From Ptychomitrium polyphyllum (lineage: Eukaryota), in assembly GCA_973851085.1 (NCBI GenBank), contig OZ316776.1, forward strand, positions 14,446,001 to 14,510,000: a stretch of 64,000 bases of DNA, in the 5' to 3' direction. Below are positions 1 through 12,699 of this stretch, in pieces. The notes below the pieces were generated by a model. That model did no database searches. It was not told the DNA's origin and saw nothing but the letters and a program-made list of their open reading frames with translations. The position numbers and the translations under genes were made by a program. The first letter of the stretch is position 1. The number at the start of each line of letters is the position of its first letter.

Positions 1-1826
1 CAAAACCAGCCTCAGTGACAACAAAACCCTCAGGTCCAACTAGCTTAAGAGCAATCTGATCTGCCACAACTGAGGAATTTCCGTGGGCAATGTTGGCGAA
101 CGGCCCTGCATGCACTAACACAGGGGTTCCCTCCAGGGTTTGCATCAAAGTAGGATGGATTGCATCCTTCATGAGGACAGTCAGCGCCCCTCCAATACCC
201 AAGTCATCAGCAGTGACAGGGTCTCCTCCTCGGCTGGTGCCAACCACCATGTTACCTAACCGTTCTCTCATGTCGCCAATGGAGGTGGTGAGAGCCAAGA
301 CAGCCATAATCTCACTCCCAACAGCAATGTCAAAACCTGTCTCCCTTGTCATGCCCTTTTCATCTGGACCTTGGCCAACAGTAATTTTCCTAAGAAAGCG
401 GTCATTGACGTCGAGAACTCGTTTCCAGGTGATGAGCTCTGGGTCGAGATCCAACCTCACGAACTTCTTCACTTCCTCTGGTGTCAGTTCGTTGGGGTCA
501 GTTTTGTCGATTCCAAGCTTCTTCAAACGCTTGAGCATGACCTTGGCGAACGTACGCTTCTTGTCCTTATCGGCAGGACATAATCTGTTCAAAAGAGCTT
601 TGTCTGACTGCGTCGCCTCATGAAACATGCGAGCATCAATAGCTGCGGCCAACAAGTTGTTGGCAGCGGTGATGGCGTGGATGTCACCTGTTGCATAGAA
701 ATCACTGTTAGTAGCAGCTTAACCATCACAAAAACTGGAACAATATGAAGGAATACTTTCGCCACAAACGATAACAGAAGTAGCGATGAGTTTCCAATAC
801 GCTCCTACAAAACTTGGTACCCATGTCAATTTGGCAGTGGCTACTAAATGAGCGGTCCTCTGATTGAATTCTAGTCGCCTTGGCTATTTACCTGTCATGT
901 GAAGATTGAACTCATCCATAGGAATGACTTGACTGTAACCCCCGCCTGCTGCACCTCCTTTGATCCCGAATGTGGGACCCTGACTTGGTTGCCTGATGCA
1001 GGTCACCACCTGAAAGCCCCACAAATTCAATCATCAAGCAGCCCCTAAGTAGGAAAACCAAGAGCATAGCTGACATATTCGCATCAATAGCTGATGAGAA
1101 CAAGAAACATTCACTAATGTGAATCTGGGGGTTTGAGATAAAGTATCATTCTATTGATGAGCTTGTAAATGTACCTTTTTCCCAAGATAAGCTCCAAGAG
1201 CTTGGCATAGTCCGACAGTTGTGGTAGACTTTCCTTCTCCTAAAGGCGTAGGCGTAATACCCCCAACAACTACATAGTAACCATTCGGCGCGCTTCCAAG
1301 CCTGTCCAGAGTAGAGAGAAGGACCTGCATTACCATACGGCCACTTGTTATAATAGAAAACGGAGTTTTCATTTCAAAAGCAAAACTGACATTAATCCAG
1401 TAATGTGCCTTCATGTTATCCCTCGTCAACAGTTATCGTACATTCATAAGCTACTGTAAACCTCATTAGTTATACTCAAATCAACATCTACACCAGCCGG
1501 CATTATACGCAGCGAAGCTCGACGGATCGTCACCATAACGATCTAAGACCACTCAACCTCACACCAGAAGTACTGTAGAGTACTTCAAGAAATCTGCCTC
1601 AAAGCTCCAACCCCATGTGAAGAAGGGAAAAACCGAATCAATCAGTCAATCAACCGAACAACCAAACAATCACCTTAGCTTTGGACTTGCCATAGCAATC
1701 GTACTCCTCGGGATTCAGGCCCAGCTCCTCAGCGACGGTCGCAATATGCAGCGCCTTGACGGAATTGGCCACGTCGATGTCGGCCGGCACAGGGCTGACA
1801 ACCTCCAGCTTCCTGATGGTAGCCAT
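1..1826 (-). CDS. THFS: Formate--tetrahydrofolate ligase (10-formyl-THF synthetase), 5' part; continues beyond the left edge
   Basis: GT-AG exons 1826-1674, 1324-1175, 1009-892 and 687-<1 splice in frame: [23 protein letters not shown]...[10 protein letters not shown]...[80 protein letters not shown]...GFVVTEAGF. These are FTHFS signature motifs. Confidence 0.96.
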
Positions 1827-1873
1827 ATCGTGTGCGATAATGGAAAACCCCACTCTTCAATTGGAAAACCCTC

Positions 1874-2151
1874 CTGCAGTCAACCGCGACTCCCGCCGTC
1901 CAGGGGGATAATTCGGCAGGAGGGGCCACAAGCGCGCGGGGGGTGAGCGTGGGGTGAGCGAGGGGTGGATGAGGGAGTCACTGCCACTGGAACGGGAAGG
2001 CTATGAGCGTGAGTGGGCGACTGGGTGCGGGCGACAGTGGCGATGGCGGACCTGGGGCGCACGCGGGCGCCGCGACGGAGCGGCGACCGAGGCTGCGCTC
2101 GCGCGGGGGCCGCTCGCGAGCTCACGAGCCCCCGGCTTCCCAGGGCCTCAC
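1874..2151 (-). other. Probable GC-rich 5'-UTR intron of the FTHFS gene
   Basis: Donor-like AGG|GTGAGG near 2151 and acceptor CTGCAG| near 1874 on the minus strand. An in-frame TGA lies between the acceptor and the ATG, so the upstream exon is non-coding. Confidence 0.5.
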
Positions 2152-2797
2152 CCTGCGCTTGTTCCGGGTATCGATGACCCCAGTTTCAGGCGGGTATCAC
2201 CTGCCCGTCGTGGCACTGGCAATGATCACGTATGCCGACCATGACCAGGTCGCTGTGCGACCAAGGAAAGAGGATTTAGGCTTGAGAATTCATAAGGAAA
2301 CTGAGTATGAACAGAAAAGATTGTAATTTTCAGAAAAGTTGGACAACAATGCTGCAACGATCCAGCATCCAAGGTAACAGTTCCTAGTTTATAATAACAG
2401 ACCCCTATGAAGTACACTCTAAGCACGTATCTTCATTTGCTATATATGGCTCTAAATAATCCAATCATTTTAACTAAGTTACTTTGTGAAAGTCCAACAC
2501 TAACATCACAAAAATAGTTTGAATATGGTTCTTTTATAAAACAACTTATACACTCCATTCTTTGATTCATTTATCAATTTTGTTCTTGAATATATGATTA
2601 TATGCAGGTTTTTCCATTCTAGCAATTTCTATAGCTATTTATAGTTTTTTCCTTAATACTACCATGTCTCCTCCATTTGGTAGTACCAGTTATAAATTTA
2701 TATAGATTTTTTTTCCTAAATCTAGACTCTCTAGTATGGAACTACCGAGTCTCAATGTACTTGGTAGTTGCCAATCATAATACTAGTGTAATTAATT

Positions 2798-2885
2798 TTT
2801 CTTGAATAAGGATTTCCAGTAAGAAACTACCAAGTTCTTGATTTCTTGAATAAGGATTTCCAGTAAGAAACTACCAAGTTCTTGA
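2798..2885. repeat. Perfect 44-bp tandem duplication inside a degenerate ACTACC...GGTAGT repeat tract (about 2655-2900)
   Basis: tttcttgaataaggatttccagtaagaaactaccaagttcttga at 2798-2841 and 2842-2885. Related ACTACC-spacer-GGTAGT units occur near 2659 and 2740. Confidence 0.9.
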
Positions 2886-2959
2886 TTACTTGGTAATTAT
2901 TGACCTTCACCGTTAAAAACCATAACAATAATATTGTAATATCTTTATTCATGTATTAT

Positions 2960-4010
2960 GAGTACTCCATTTATAATTCCTCATTTGCAATCAGTAAATA
3001 CGTCAAAGTTGATTTGCTACATTGATACCTTCCATATAATCAATGTACTTATTATAAATCAATGATATTTTTTCCAAATAATGCAATTCATTCAAACATT
3101 TTTTAATTTATAGCAAAGGCCTTGATGGTAGTAAAGGGTTGATTTTTGATGAAAGCAATAAATAGCCTGCAAGTGGAGCATAAAACAATTGCTTGCTTCT
3201 TCCAAGTAATAGTGCCATGTAGCTTTTTAAAAATTTAAAAAACATTAAAATATTTGCTAAGCATTTTGGCATGCCTTCAAGATTAAACTTAACAATCCTA
3301 ATGCTATTAGTTCTAAACAAGACAATATCTACCACATAAACTTATCTACTTGTAAAACAAGTCAAATATTCTATTTTATCAATTAAGTGATGACATATTT
3401 GTTTATTGGATCACACTCTTATCATATACAATCATAGACATATTAACATTTTAAGTAATTTGGATTTCAATTCAATTGGCAATGTTATTTTATTTCATCA
3501 AGAAAGCACTTCAATTTCATATATTATTATAATCATTATAAATTTTATCTTACAAAGACTTATTAATTCACTCCTCACTTTAAATTTATAAATTATTTTT
3601 GAAGTAGAATAAAGCTTGTGAATCTCTATTAGGAGCCATTAACAAGTACTGTTATTTTTCTCACCATTGTAACTATAAAGCCTTCATTTGCTTCATTCAA
3701 AAAGTCCAAATTTATTTTCAACTAATAAGATGTTGGTGAGGAAAATATAATTTTATTAAAACTATACCTATTTTACAACTACATATTTGCATATGGACTT
3801 TTTGAAGTATATGAATATTTAAGATTTGATTTAGTTAAAGTTTACTATTTTGCTATGATACTTCATATATGGCATTCAAAAGTGCCTTCTTTCTTAATTA
3901 TAAATTAGCTTAAAATATTACTTAAGCTTTAGGATTTTTTTGAATACACATGTCCAATATGTGTGTAGTAGTTTCTTGGACATTGTATTCTATTTAAAAG
4001 TATGCAATAG
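2960..4010 (-). mobile_element. Highly degenerate piggyBac-like (DDE_Tnp_1_7-type) transposase fossil
   Basis: Minus strand 3059-2967 translates IYNKYIDYMEGINVANQL*RIY*LQMRNYKW, resembling the piggyBac YxxxMGGVDxxDQLRxxY...RxxKWW motif. Weaker matches lie upstream in the expected order: KKLLHTYW (~3960), WLLIEI (~3630) and RIVKFNLEGMPKCLAN (~3280, cf. GTVRxNRxGxP). Confidence 0.65.
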
Positions 4011-6258
4011 AGCACATTCATTCAATACAGTTTAATTTGTAGTTTTCAATGTAGATTTGGAAAAAATTTATATTGTTAAAATTTCTTGTTATATTTCTAT
4101 ATTTTTGTTCAAGGCAATTTTGTTCTTGTTATCATATCAAATCATCATTTGTATAAGAAAATAGTATATTAAATTCAAAAATCAGCTTAAATATATTATA
4201 ATTTTTATATAGAAACAAGTATTTAAATTTGTCTTGGTCAATTCAAACAATGCATCTTTATTTAGATGACAACAATAAATATTCCTTATTTAGATCTTAG
4301 TTTCTATGGTAATTCTTTTATTAATCTAAGTTTGAAAAACAATGATTACAAAATACAATAGATAAAAGCAATCATTATAAGTACAAAATTACAGCATTTT
4401 AAAATCAGTTGATAAAGATGATCTAAAATATTATTTTGAATATAGTACTTAAGCAAGCTTTCAAATTGGAATTCATGATATTCAACTAAATCTTTAAAGA
4501 TTAAATATTTATTGTATATGATTCTATAAGTTATAAATTAAATTATTAAATGAAAGATTTCTTTTATTTTAATTTAAAAATATCATGATTCATATATTAA
4601 GGTGATTACTTCTCATAAATAGAATAAAAATCCCAATTATTTTAAATCTTATTAAAATATTTCTTTCTCATGAAATTTTAACAATCTTAAAAAGTAAAAT
4701 CTTATTCAAACACCTCTTTGAATATCCATTGGATAAAATAAGTTTTTGAAGACTATATAGATTGGATATTATCTAAATATTAATCCCATATTTATAAAAA
4801 AAATAGAATTTTTAAGATTTTTTTTTTTGGATATCATCAATACATTGAAAAATTAAATAATTTTTAATTATAAAAGCATTGAGATTTAAAATAATGAATG
4901 GATTTCAATACTTATTTTACTTGCATCCAATAACATTTTTATGTTTTTAAGGTTTTATAAAATCTTTTATTAGTTGGCCATAATATGTATAATACAAATT
5001 TTAAAATTAAAACTAATACAATTTTTCTTTAAATGATATTGTAGATCATATTAAAGTTGTTTCCTTAGTTTAAAATTGAGTCAAATATCATTGTATCATT
5101 TTTATCAACTTCAATATTTGTTATTTTCAATCAACCTCAACAAAATTTGAATAAAATTTTGAATTCTAAAATTATAATTAAATTTCAAAAAATGCTTCAA
5201 AAAACATTTTAAACAAGAGATTATTATTGCATATAAATAAACAAATAAAATTTATATGATTTCATCTATAACATTTTGTGTTGTAAATTCATTCAAATGA
5301 ACCATCAATTCTTTATAATACATTTTAAAAAAACACTTGTTTCATTGATAAAGAAACTAAAATAGTTAATTTTTGAAATAATTTTTTTTATAAAAATAAA
5401 AAGGTTCAAAATCCAACTCGAGATACCTAGATTTGAAATAAACGTATTCAATGCATTTATGATGATAAGCCACAATTTATATTGAAATTAATGATTTTTT
5501 CATATATTAAGGCAAATGATATTTTTTAAAATTGTACTTGTTCATTTTTCTTAAATCGAATTCCAAATACATGGTTTTATGCTGAATTTTTAATTTCCAA
5601 AATTATAAGTTAGGCACTATTTGTTAAATAATATTCTATTTTACTTATATAGGTGTATTTGTTAATACACTTGAAAATATGTAGTACATATAGCAATAAT
5701 GAAGGAGCTATTGAGGTGTTATGCTATTTAAAACTATTTTTGATGAGCTTATTTGAAGCAATAATGTAAGAAATATAAACTTCATATATCTTTTACATGT
5801 GAAGTTTTATAAAATGTTTTATTTCTAATGCATATTATGTCTTTAATTTGTTTTTTTTAGTTATTTAAAAAAATTACTTGTCATTTATTAAATCCTTGAA
5901 ATTAACATCATAGTTTACAAATATTTTAAATTAAATTTTATACCTTTTTACATATAGTGTTCATCAATTGCAATTAAAATTATATAATAAAAAAAAGAAT
6001 TATTTTAAAAGGTTTTAAAATAAATATAAATTTGAAATGCTTGCATTTTTTTCCTATAATAAATAACCATTATTGAAAAAAATAAAGTTTAGAGAATAAA
6101 ACTTTAAAACATCTGTAGAAATCTCTTTTATAAGTTTAAATTCAAAACCTCAACAAGGTTAAGTAGCGCATTATTTATCTAAATTGTAAAATTCTTTTGT
6201 CATTTTATTGTTTGGAAGCATTAGTTGTAAGCATGTTGTGCCTCCAAATTCAAAGCAA

Positions 6259-6959
6259 TGGAAATTTCAAAATTCCTAACCACCATAATAGACCTTTTGG
6301 AAAGAACCGTCTTAGATTTTATGGAAACGTGAACGATTGGCGTTAGGAGGCAACTCCGGAAAAGAAGTCCTAAGAAAGGAATTATAAGAGCAAATAGGCG
6401 GCTCCAAAAGGTTGAAGAACAACTTGGATGAGCTGCAAAACTTAGACAATGAAAATCTAAAGAAGAGAAAACAAAAAGTTGCAAAGACAAAGGAAATGAA
6501 GGAAGGAGAAAGTTCCATAATAGGAATATTAGTAGCTCAAATTGGAAAATTAATGGAGATGAATGCCAACCTTGCTTCCAAGTATAAGGCTTCATTGACA
6601 AAGCAAGAAATACCAAATTCAATCACTTTAATCCAATCTAAAAATGTTGTCTAAATAAAAAATGTTAAAAAGCCCTCTACTTGGGAAATATTGAAGCATC
6701 ATTGTAGAGTACAAGACTTATTGCAAGGCTTCAATATACCTTAGGAACAAAATTTTGGTTAAGAAATTTGGCTCCTTCTCAAATGTAAGAGCCCTTACAA
6801 TCTTTTCCTTTTGGAAAGAAATGAAACTTGATGATGGCCCAATTCTTTAGATTGCTTTTTAAAAATTGGACATTGATTACATGGAAAATATTTCACTTGC
6901 ACTTATAGAATGCCTTGGCATTAAAAGCAATAAAGTGGAAGGGGGACAACTTTAGAAGA
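6259..6959 (+). mobile_element. Decayed 3' internal region of an LTR retrotransposon, with a charged ORF remnant and a purine tract
   Basis: Broken lysine/glutamate-rich reading frames (6259-6654) and the purine tract aaagtggaaggggga (~6932-6946) lie just before the LTR. Confidence 0.4.
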
Positions 6960-7649
6960 TGTCACGGACATAGATCATATAACATAGCCTTTAGAACCTT
7001 CTAGTATATTACAATAGTTTCTTAGAATATTTTCAATGTTTCCATAGCCATTTCCACGTTCTTGGAAAATTTCCTAAAAAAGTTCTACCACTTCAAGAAA
7101 CTTCCTAAAAAGTTTCCACAATCTTAGAAAACTTCCAAGGAAATCTCTAACTCTTTGGAAGCTTCTTAGGAAGGTTCCAATATCTTGAGAAATTTCTCGA
7201 GAAGGTTCCATAGACTTCTAGAACATTCTTAAGCCTTATAGAAAGCTTTTTTAAAAGTATTCTAAAAGATACAAGCGTCATAGTATAAATAGGAGGCAAG
7301 ATAAAATATTCCTTACTTTTGCCAATACAAGTTGTGGATCATATTGTATTCTGCTCTGTTCTAGTCTTTGTATCAATTCTTGTTAATCATTAGATCTTTA
7401 GAAGCTAATTCTTGGGAAACACTTCGTTTCTGCTTCTTATTTCTTGTATCCTTAATAGATGATATGCGGATGAATACAAATACAAGTACTTCCAATGTAA
7501 ATGCAAGAAAAATTCCATTTTTGGAATGATAGGGGCTTTCTTTGCAAACTTGAATGAGAGCGTTTAAAAGAAGATGTGAAAAAGAGAGAAATTCCAAAAA
7601 ACAATGATGAAACTCTTTCATAATCCTTTTGCTAATTAATCTATTGACA
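6960..7649 (+). mobile_element. Gypsy-type LTR (about 690 bp), probably the 3' LTR of a truncated element
   Basis: Starts TGTCACGG (6960) and ends TGACA (7645-7649), giving inverted termini. It contains degenerate ttctagaa/aacttcc repeats and a TATAAATAGG box (~7284). The flanks (gaaga/atgtt) do not form a TSD. Confidence 0.6.
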
Positions 7650-10600
7650 ATGTTTATTCTTCCACATTTTAATTTGGAGAGAACGATAACTTTAATAGAG
7701 CAGTGTACTTGAGCATTAAAAATAATATAATGAACATGATGAGCCTTATGAATTAAAGTAATTATAACATTTAATTTTTTTTTGAATATATGAATATTTG
7801 AGTAAATTAATATTTAAAAAAAAATTATACATCTTATTATAGCCATCATACTTTAATTTTTTTAAATATATAAAAAAATAGAATTATATAGTCAATTTAT
7901 TTAAAGTTAAATTTAAAAAAAATCTGATGTATTGCAATTATATATAATTTTTTTAAATTTTAGGTACAAAGCATATTTACAATCAGATACATTAAAAATA
8001 ATATGCAACAATGTATACATGCATAAATTACTTGCAATTTGAATTTTTTTTCCAAAATGATGGTATTTGTATATCAAACAATAAAAAGTGAAATTTTTTT
8101 TAATTAAAAAAAAAAAGATAAATGAATACTTGTATATGTCAATTAAATCAATAAAATTTAAATGTAATGACAAAAAAATAGCTTCAAGTAGCACTTCAAT
8201 GGCCAAAAGCATATAAGCAAATCAATTTTTAGATTTTAATTGACTTTTGCTGATCAAATCTTTTAGATTAGTTATTTGTATAAAAATGTATTTAAAATAA
8301 AGTATATGTATATATATGTATATATATTTGTTTATTTTTAAGACTATAACGTATTCCTAATGCTCATTCTTTAATTACATATTTAAGTGCTTGATAATTT
8401 AAGTTTTTAATATTTTAGAAACCATTCATCCTATTCAATCATTATTTAATCATTTAATTATTTTAATTAAAAAAATCTTTGAAAATTCAAAATCAATAAT
8501 CAATATAATTTTTTAACAGATCTAGGTTTATTATAGTTTTGCTATTAAATTATTGGTATGTTTTATTGATCAATAAATAATACTCTAAATTTTTTGTAAA
8601 TTAAAAAAAAATAATTATGTATTACTTTGCAACAAAATCAAGTAATTTATAACTTCAAAGATAGTTTAGAATTATCTAAATGATTGGTGTTCAGAATCAT
8701 ATTAAAATATTCGAATTTATTTCTGTATTGATTATTATTTAGAAAGTATAAAAACTAAGTTGATAATTTTTAAAAATGCATAATATTATTTAATATACTT
8801 AGGCTTAAAATTTGGAAATTATTCATTATTCTAATGGCAAGCTCTTTGATAAAATTTATTCAAATTCACATTAATTACAATTGTAAAGGCTTTAGTATGC
8901 TTGGAAAATTGTTATCCATCTTTGCAAAAAAAAAGTAAATTACTTGAATACTTGCTATTATAATTTATTTTTCTTAGGTCATTATTTTTTTTACCTTTAC
9001 AATAAACATTTATTTTAATTGCTATCTTATATTTGATAATTATTGTAATTTAGTCAAATTACAAATTATATGGAATTCCAATGAAATTATTCTTCTTGTC
9101 CACATGGCACTTGCTATATTACATAAATTCTATTATAAATGCTTGTATTATAAAAATCAATTAAATTAACTAAACTCATAGTATTATTAAATTAAAGTGT
9201 AAGTCATTTATTTGAATGCTTTAATACAGTTTTAGAAGCTTTGTAAGAGATTTTAACATTTGTTTTATATTCATAAGTATTAATTTATTATTTAAGACAC
9301 TTTTTTATAAGATCGAAGTCCTGTTTCCTCTTGATTTTGGAAATAAGGTAGTGAGTTTTATATGCTTCAAACATTCCAACAACATCTTATGAGTAATAAA
9401 AATACACCCCATCACAAACATTTTAAGCACCTGAATATGGTTATCATTCTTAAATTGTATTTATTTTCACTAGGTCTTATTGAAAATTGAAAAAAAATTA
9501 AACTCATTTTAGTATTTTTCTAATTTGTGCACAAATATATTATGAACTTTTCAAATTTAACCCTGCAGCACACTTAAAATGAAAAGAATTTGACTGGTCT
9601 TAATAATAATATAAAATATCTGAGGTGATTCATTTCTTGCATTATGAAAATAAGAAGGTAAGGAAAACATAGTATAACTTTTACTAAATCTAAACATTTT
9701 ATTGAATTTTGAACTTGCCAAAAAATTCAAGGAAAGATGTTTTTATTTTAATGGAATCATGGTTTTAAAATAAAACTATTCTAATTTAATTAATAATAGT
9801 GCTATTCAAAATTTGAAGCCAAACAACAAATTTCATATTACACATGCATTTGTATAAAAACTAAAGCACTTTATAAAACAATAAAATTCAAAGTTGTATC
9901 ATAATACCATATTATTGCAAATAATTGCACTACATAACACCCGTTTTAAGTGGTGTATTTATCATAATTAAAATGATAAAAATATTACTTTATAAAACTT
10001 TTTCGAATTGCATAAACAGCTTTGAAATCTTTTACTTACTAAGTCAATAAAGTTGTGTTCACTAACCTTTACACAAAGAATGAAACAGATAATGTTTCTC
10101 TACAAATGTAACTTCATTCTTTGCCAAATCATTTATATAAATGTTTAATTTTTTCTTCGTAATGGACCCTCCTAACCCTCCATAACTAAAATAGTGACTT
10201 TCAATGTGGATTTAAATTGTTCAACGATATAGAACAAATTTTCTTCTTGCTATCAGTATACAACGCGGCTCCATAAAGGAATCGAACGACTCAGTTGAGA
10301 CCTAATGAGATAGAGATATAAAAGTGAACACTTTTATGCAACTGGGCAAGGGGGTTAAAACAAGGAACAAAAAGCAGCAATAGGCGATGCATGCTCTTAA
10401 AAGGGGGAAAGACTACCTCATATCTCGTTTGAGTATCCAGCTGGTCACCCTCGCCTGATGACATGTAGTTGCCCCATCTCACAAGGAGTCCCTGAAAGCT
10501 CCTCCACCATCCCATATCCAAGTACCACTCAAGGAATGGCGACCTCAGACTGTCGCTATACCCAGAGCTCTCAATATCTACCGGCGGCCTACATCTTACT

Positions 10601-11093
10601 GCCCGAAGTCTATTCGCACGGTCGATAATCGTACACTTTAGGAACTGAGATGTGCGCTGCTGCTAGACAATGTCTGTTTGGTGCTCAGCGACAGTTCTAG
10701 GTTGGCGTTCCGTAAGTGATTCCTTTGACATACTCAGGTCATACTGATGTCGAGTTCGGGAGATTCTGATACGATAACTAGGTTTTCCTGAGGCGGGTAT
10801 CGTTGCCATCACCACTTCCTCGCAACCCACGTAATCGTTCTCGTCAATCATCGTCGTCGCGTGCTACAAATCGTCGTTGCGCGTGTTCCCCGCCGGTCTC
10901 ACATTCCGCATTCCACATTGCATGTGCCATTTCGAGCTTCACTTGCAGCTTCGTTTGGTTCTCGCCGCTCATTTTTGTTGCACCTACAGCAACTTCATTG
11001 GCGCTTTCGGGTTGAGCACGTCGGAGGTCGAGCCAACTATTTAACGTCGAAGAGGTTAGTTTTTTGATCCAAGGTGCAAGCTTGAGCGCAACA

Positions 11094-11792
11094 ATGGCGA
11101 CCGAGGCGTGCTGCACGCCTGCGCCCGCCGCCACACGGGAGTACGTGGGGAAGGAGGAGACGCTTGTGGGGACGAAGGTGTATATTACAGGGTCGGCGTC
11201 CGCGTCTGCGGCGGTGATTCTCGTGAGTGATATCTATGGATTCGAAGTGCCGCTGCTTCGGAAGTTTGCGGACAAAGTGGCCGCAAATGGGTACCTGGTG
11301 GTTGTGCCGGACGTGCTGCAGGGGGATGCGTTCGCGGGGAGCTATGCGGCGGGGGATTTAGGCCCGTGGGTTGCGAAGCATCCGGCCACGGGGGCTGCAT
11401 TGGAAATCGCGCGAAGCATGGTGGAGGCTGTGAAGGACAAGGGCATTGGGGCGGTGGGGGCGGCAGGATTCTGCTGGGGAGCGAAAGTGGTGGCGTGTTT
11501 GGGGAAGGAGAAGGATGTGCGGGCGGTTGTGCAGCTGCACCCTTCTTTTGTGGAGGCCTCCGATTACGAGGAGGTGGTTGTGCCTATCGCCGTGCTTGCG
11601 TCGCCTACGGACGGTGTTGAGAAGTACGAGGAGCTTCTGGCGTCTCGCACAGAGCTGAAGAGTTTTGTGAAGATTTTTTCGGATGTGAAGCATGGGTGGA
11701 CGGTGCGGTATGAGGAGAACGATGAAGACGCTGTGGAGAAGGCCAACGAGGCGCACAAGCTCATGATTGACTGGTTTGCGAAATATCTCTAG
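11094..11792 (+). CDS. Dienelactone hydrolase family alpha/beta-hydrolase (endo-1,3;1,4-beta-D-glucanase-like), 232 aa, single exon
   Basis: Uninterrupted GC-rich ORF with ACCTP at the N-terminus, SDIYGF, ADKVAANGYLVVVPD, nucleophile motif GFCWG, HPS, KIFSDVKHGWTVRY and a WFAKYL end. Confidence 0.93.
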   Translation: MATEACCTPAPAATREYVGKEETLVGTKVYITGSASASAAVILVSDIYGFEVPLLRKFADKVAANGYLVVVPDVLQGDAFAGSYAAGDLGPWVAKHPATGAALEIARSMVEAVKDKGIGAVGAAGFCWGAKVVACLGKEKDVRAVVQLHPSFVEASDYEEVVVPIAVLASPTDGVEKYEELLASRTELKSFVKIFSDVKHGWTVRYEENDEDAVEKANEAHKLMIDWFAKYL

Positions 11793-12699
11793 GTTGCACG
11801 ATGTGAGTTAGGTGGTTTAGGGCTTAACAGTGCTATCAGAAGGCGTCCTTCATTATTTGTACATATCTATTCTTTTCAATATTAATGGTCATGCTCTTAT
11901 TGTAACTGCCATTTTGTTGTCGCATGTTTGAATTTAATTTGCCACCTGCGTTTGCTACACTTGGTCTTCTTCTGTAGTTGACAATGATGCAGGGTTGCCC
12001 ATGTCGATTGCTCGTCAAGTTTAGTTATGGATTACAGTGAGTATTTATCCTCTCTTATTAGATAGTAGTTATATCAAGGTCATCAAATTTCAATGGCGCA
12101 TCGAAGTTTCAATGGATTCTGTGTGCGTGGTTGGGATACGGCTATTGTGGTGTGGACCTCCTTCACGCATTTAGCTGCAGTTTTCACGATTGACTTAAAT
12201 TGTGGCTAGCTACATCATTCTATGGACTTACATTGTGGATCTATCGAGCTATAGTTGAAGTTGAAATTGAGTAAGAAAATGGCCTCTACAAAGAGGAGAG
12301 GAGAATCTTGGATCTGCGGTGAATCTCAAATCAAACCAACGAGTGTCCTTTTTTACTGTGTACTAAAACGTACTGCGTAACCCAGGAATAGTCTTTGTGG
12401 TCTTCAACACTTGAGCTACATAAGAAGCCAATTCTCTAGCAACTGACATTAGCCATAAAGAAACTTGACATTTAAGTTAAGGAACTGATGGAGACGAACC
12501 TCTCGATTTGCCGGACTGTGGCCACTAAAGCTACAACAAATGCGCAACTAGAAGCCAATTTATATTGGTGAAGAAACATGTGTTTGAGCCTTGAGGCCTC
12601 GTTGTTGTCGTGTACAGCATATAGTATTGTAACCGTCAATAATAAATAAAATTCTTATGTTCTTTTCCAAATAACAAAGGAGCAAAATTTTGTGCCTGA

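Noticed and set aside
90..623. 177-aa plus-strand ORF
   Set aside because: Antisense shadow of the FTHFS exon on the minus strand.
1880..2326. Several overlapping GC-rich ORFs
   Set aside because: They lie in the GC-rich leader and intron of FTHFS, where stops are scarce, and show no recognisable motifs.
3690..3800. PIF/Harbinger-like VENKFGLF motif on the minus strand
   Set aside because: A short isolated match. The surrounding collinear motifs fit piggyBac better.
10291..11134. Minus-strand ORFs upstream of and overlapping the DLH gene
   Set aside because: No recognisable domain and no consistent exon chain. Possibly a decayed fragment, but this cannot be supported.
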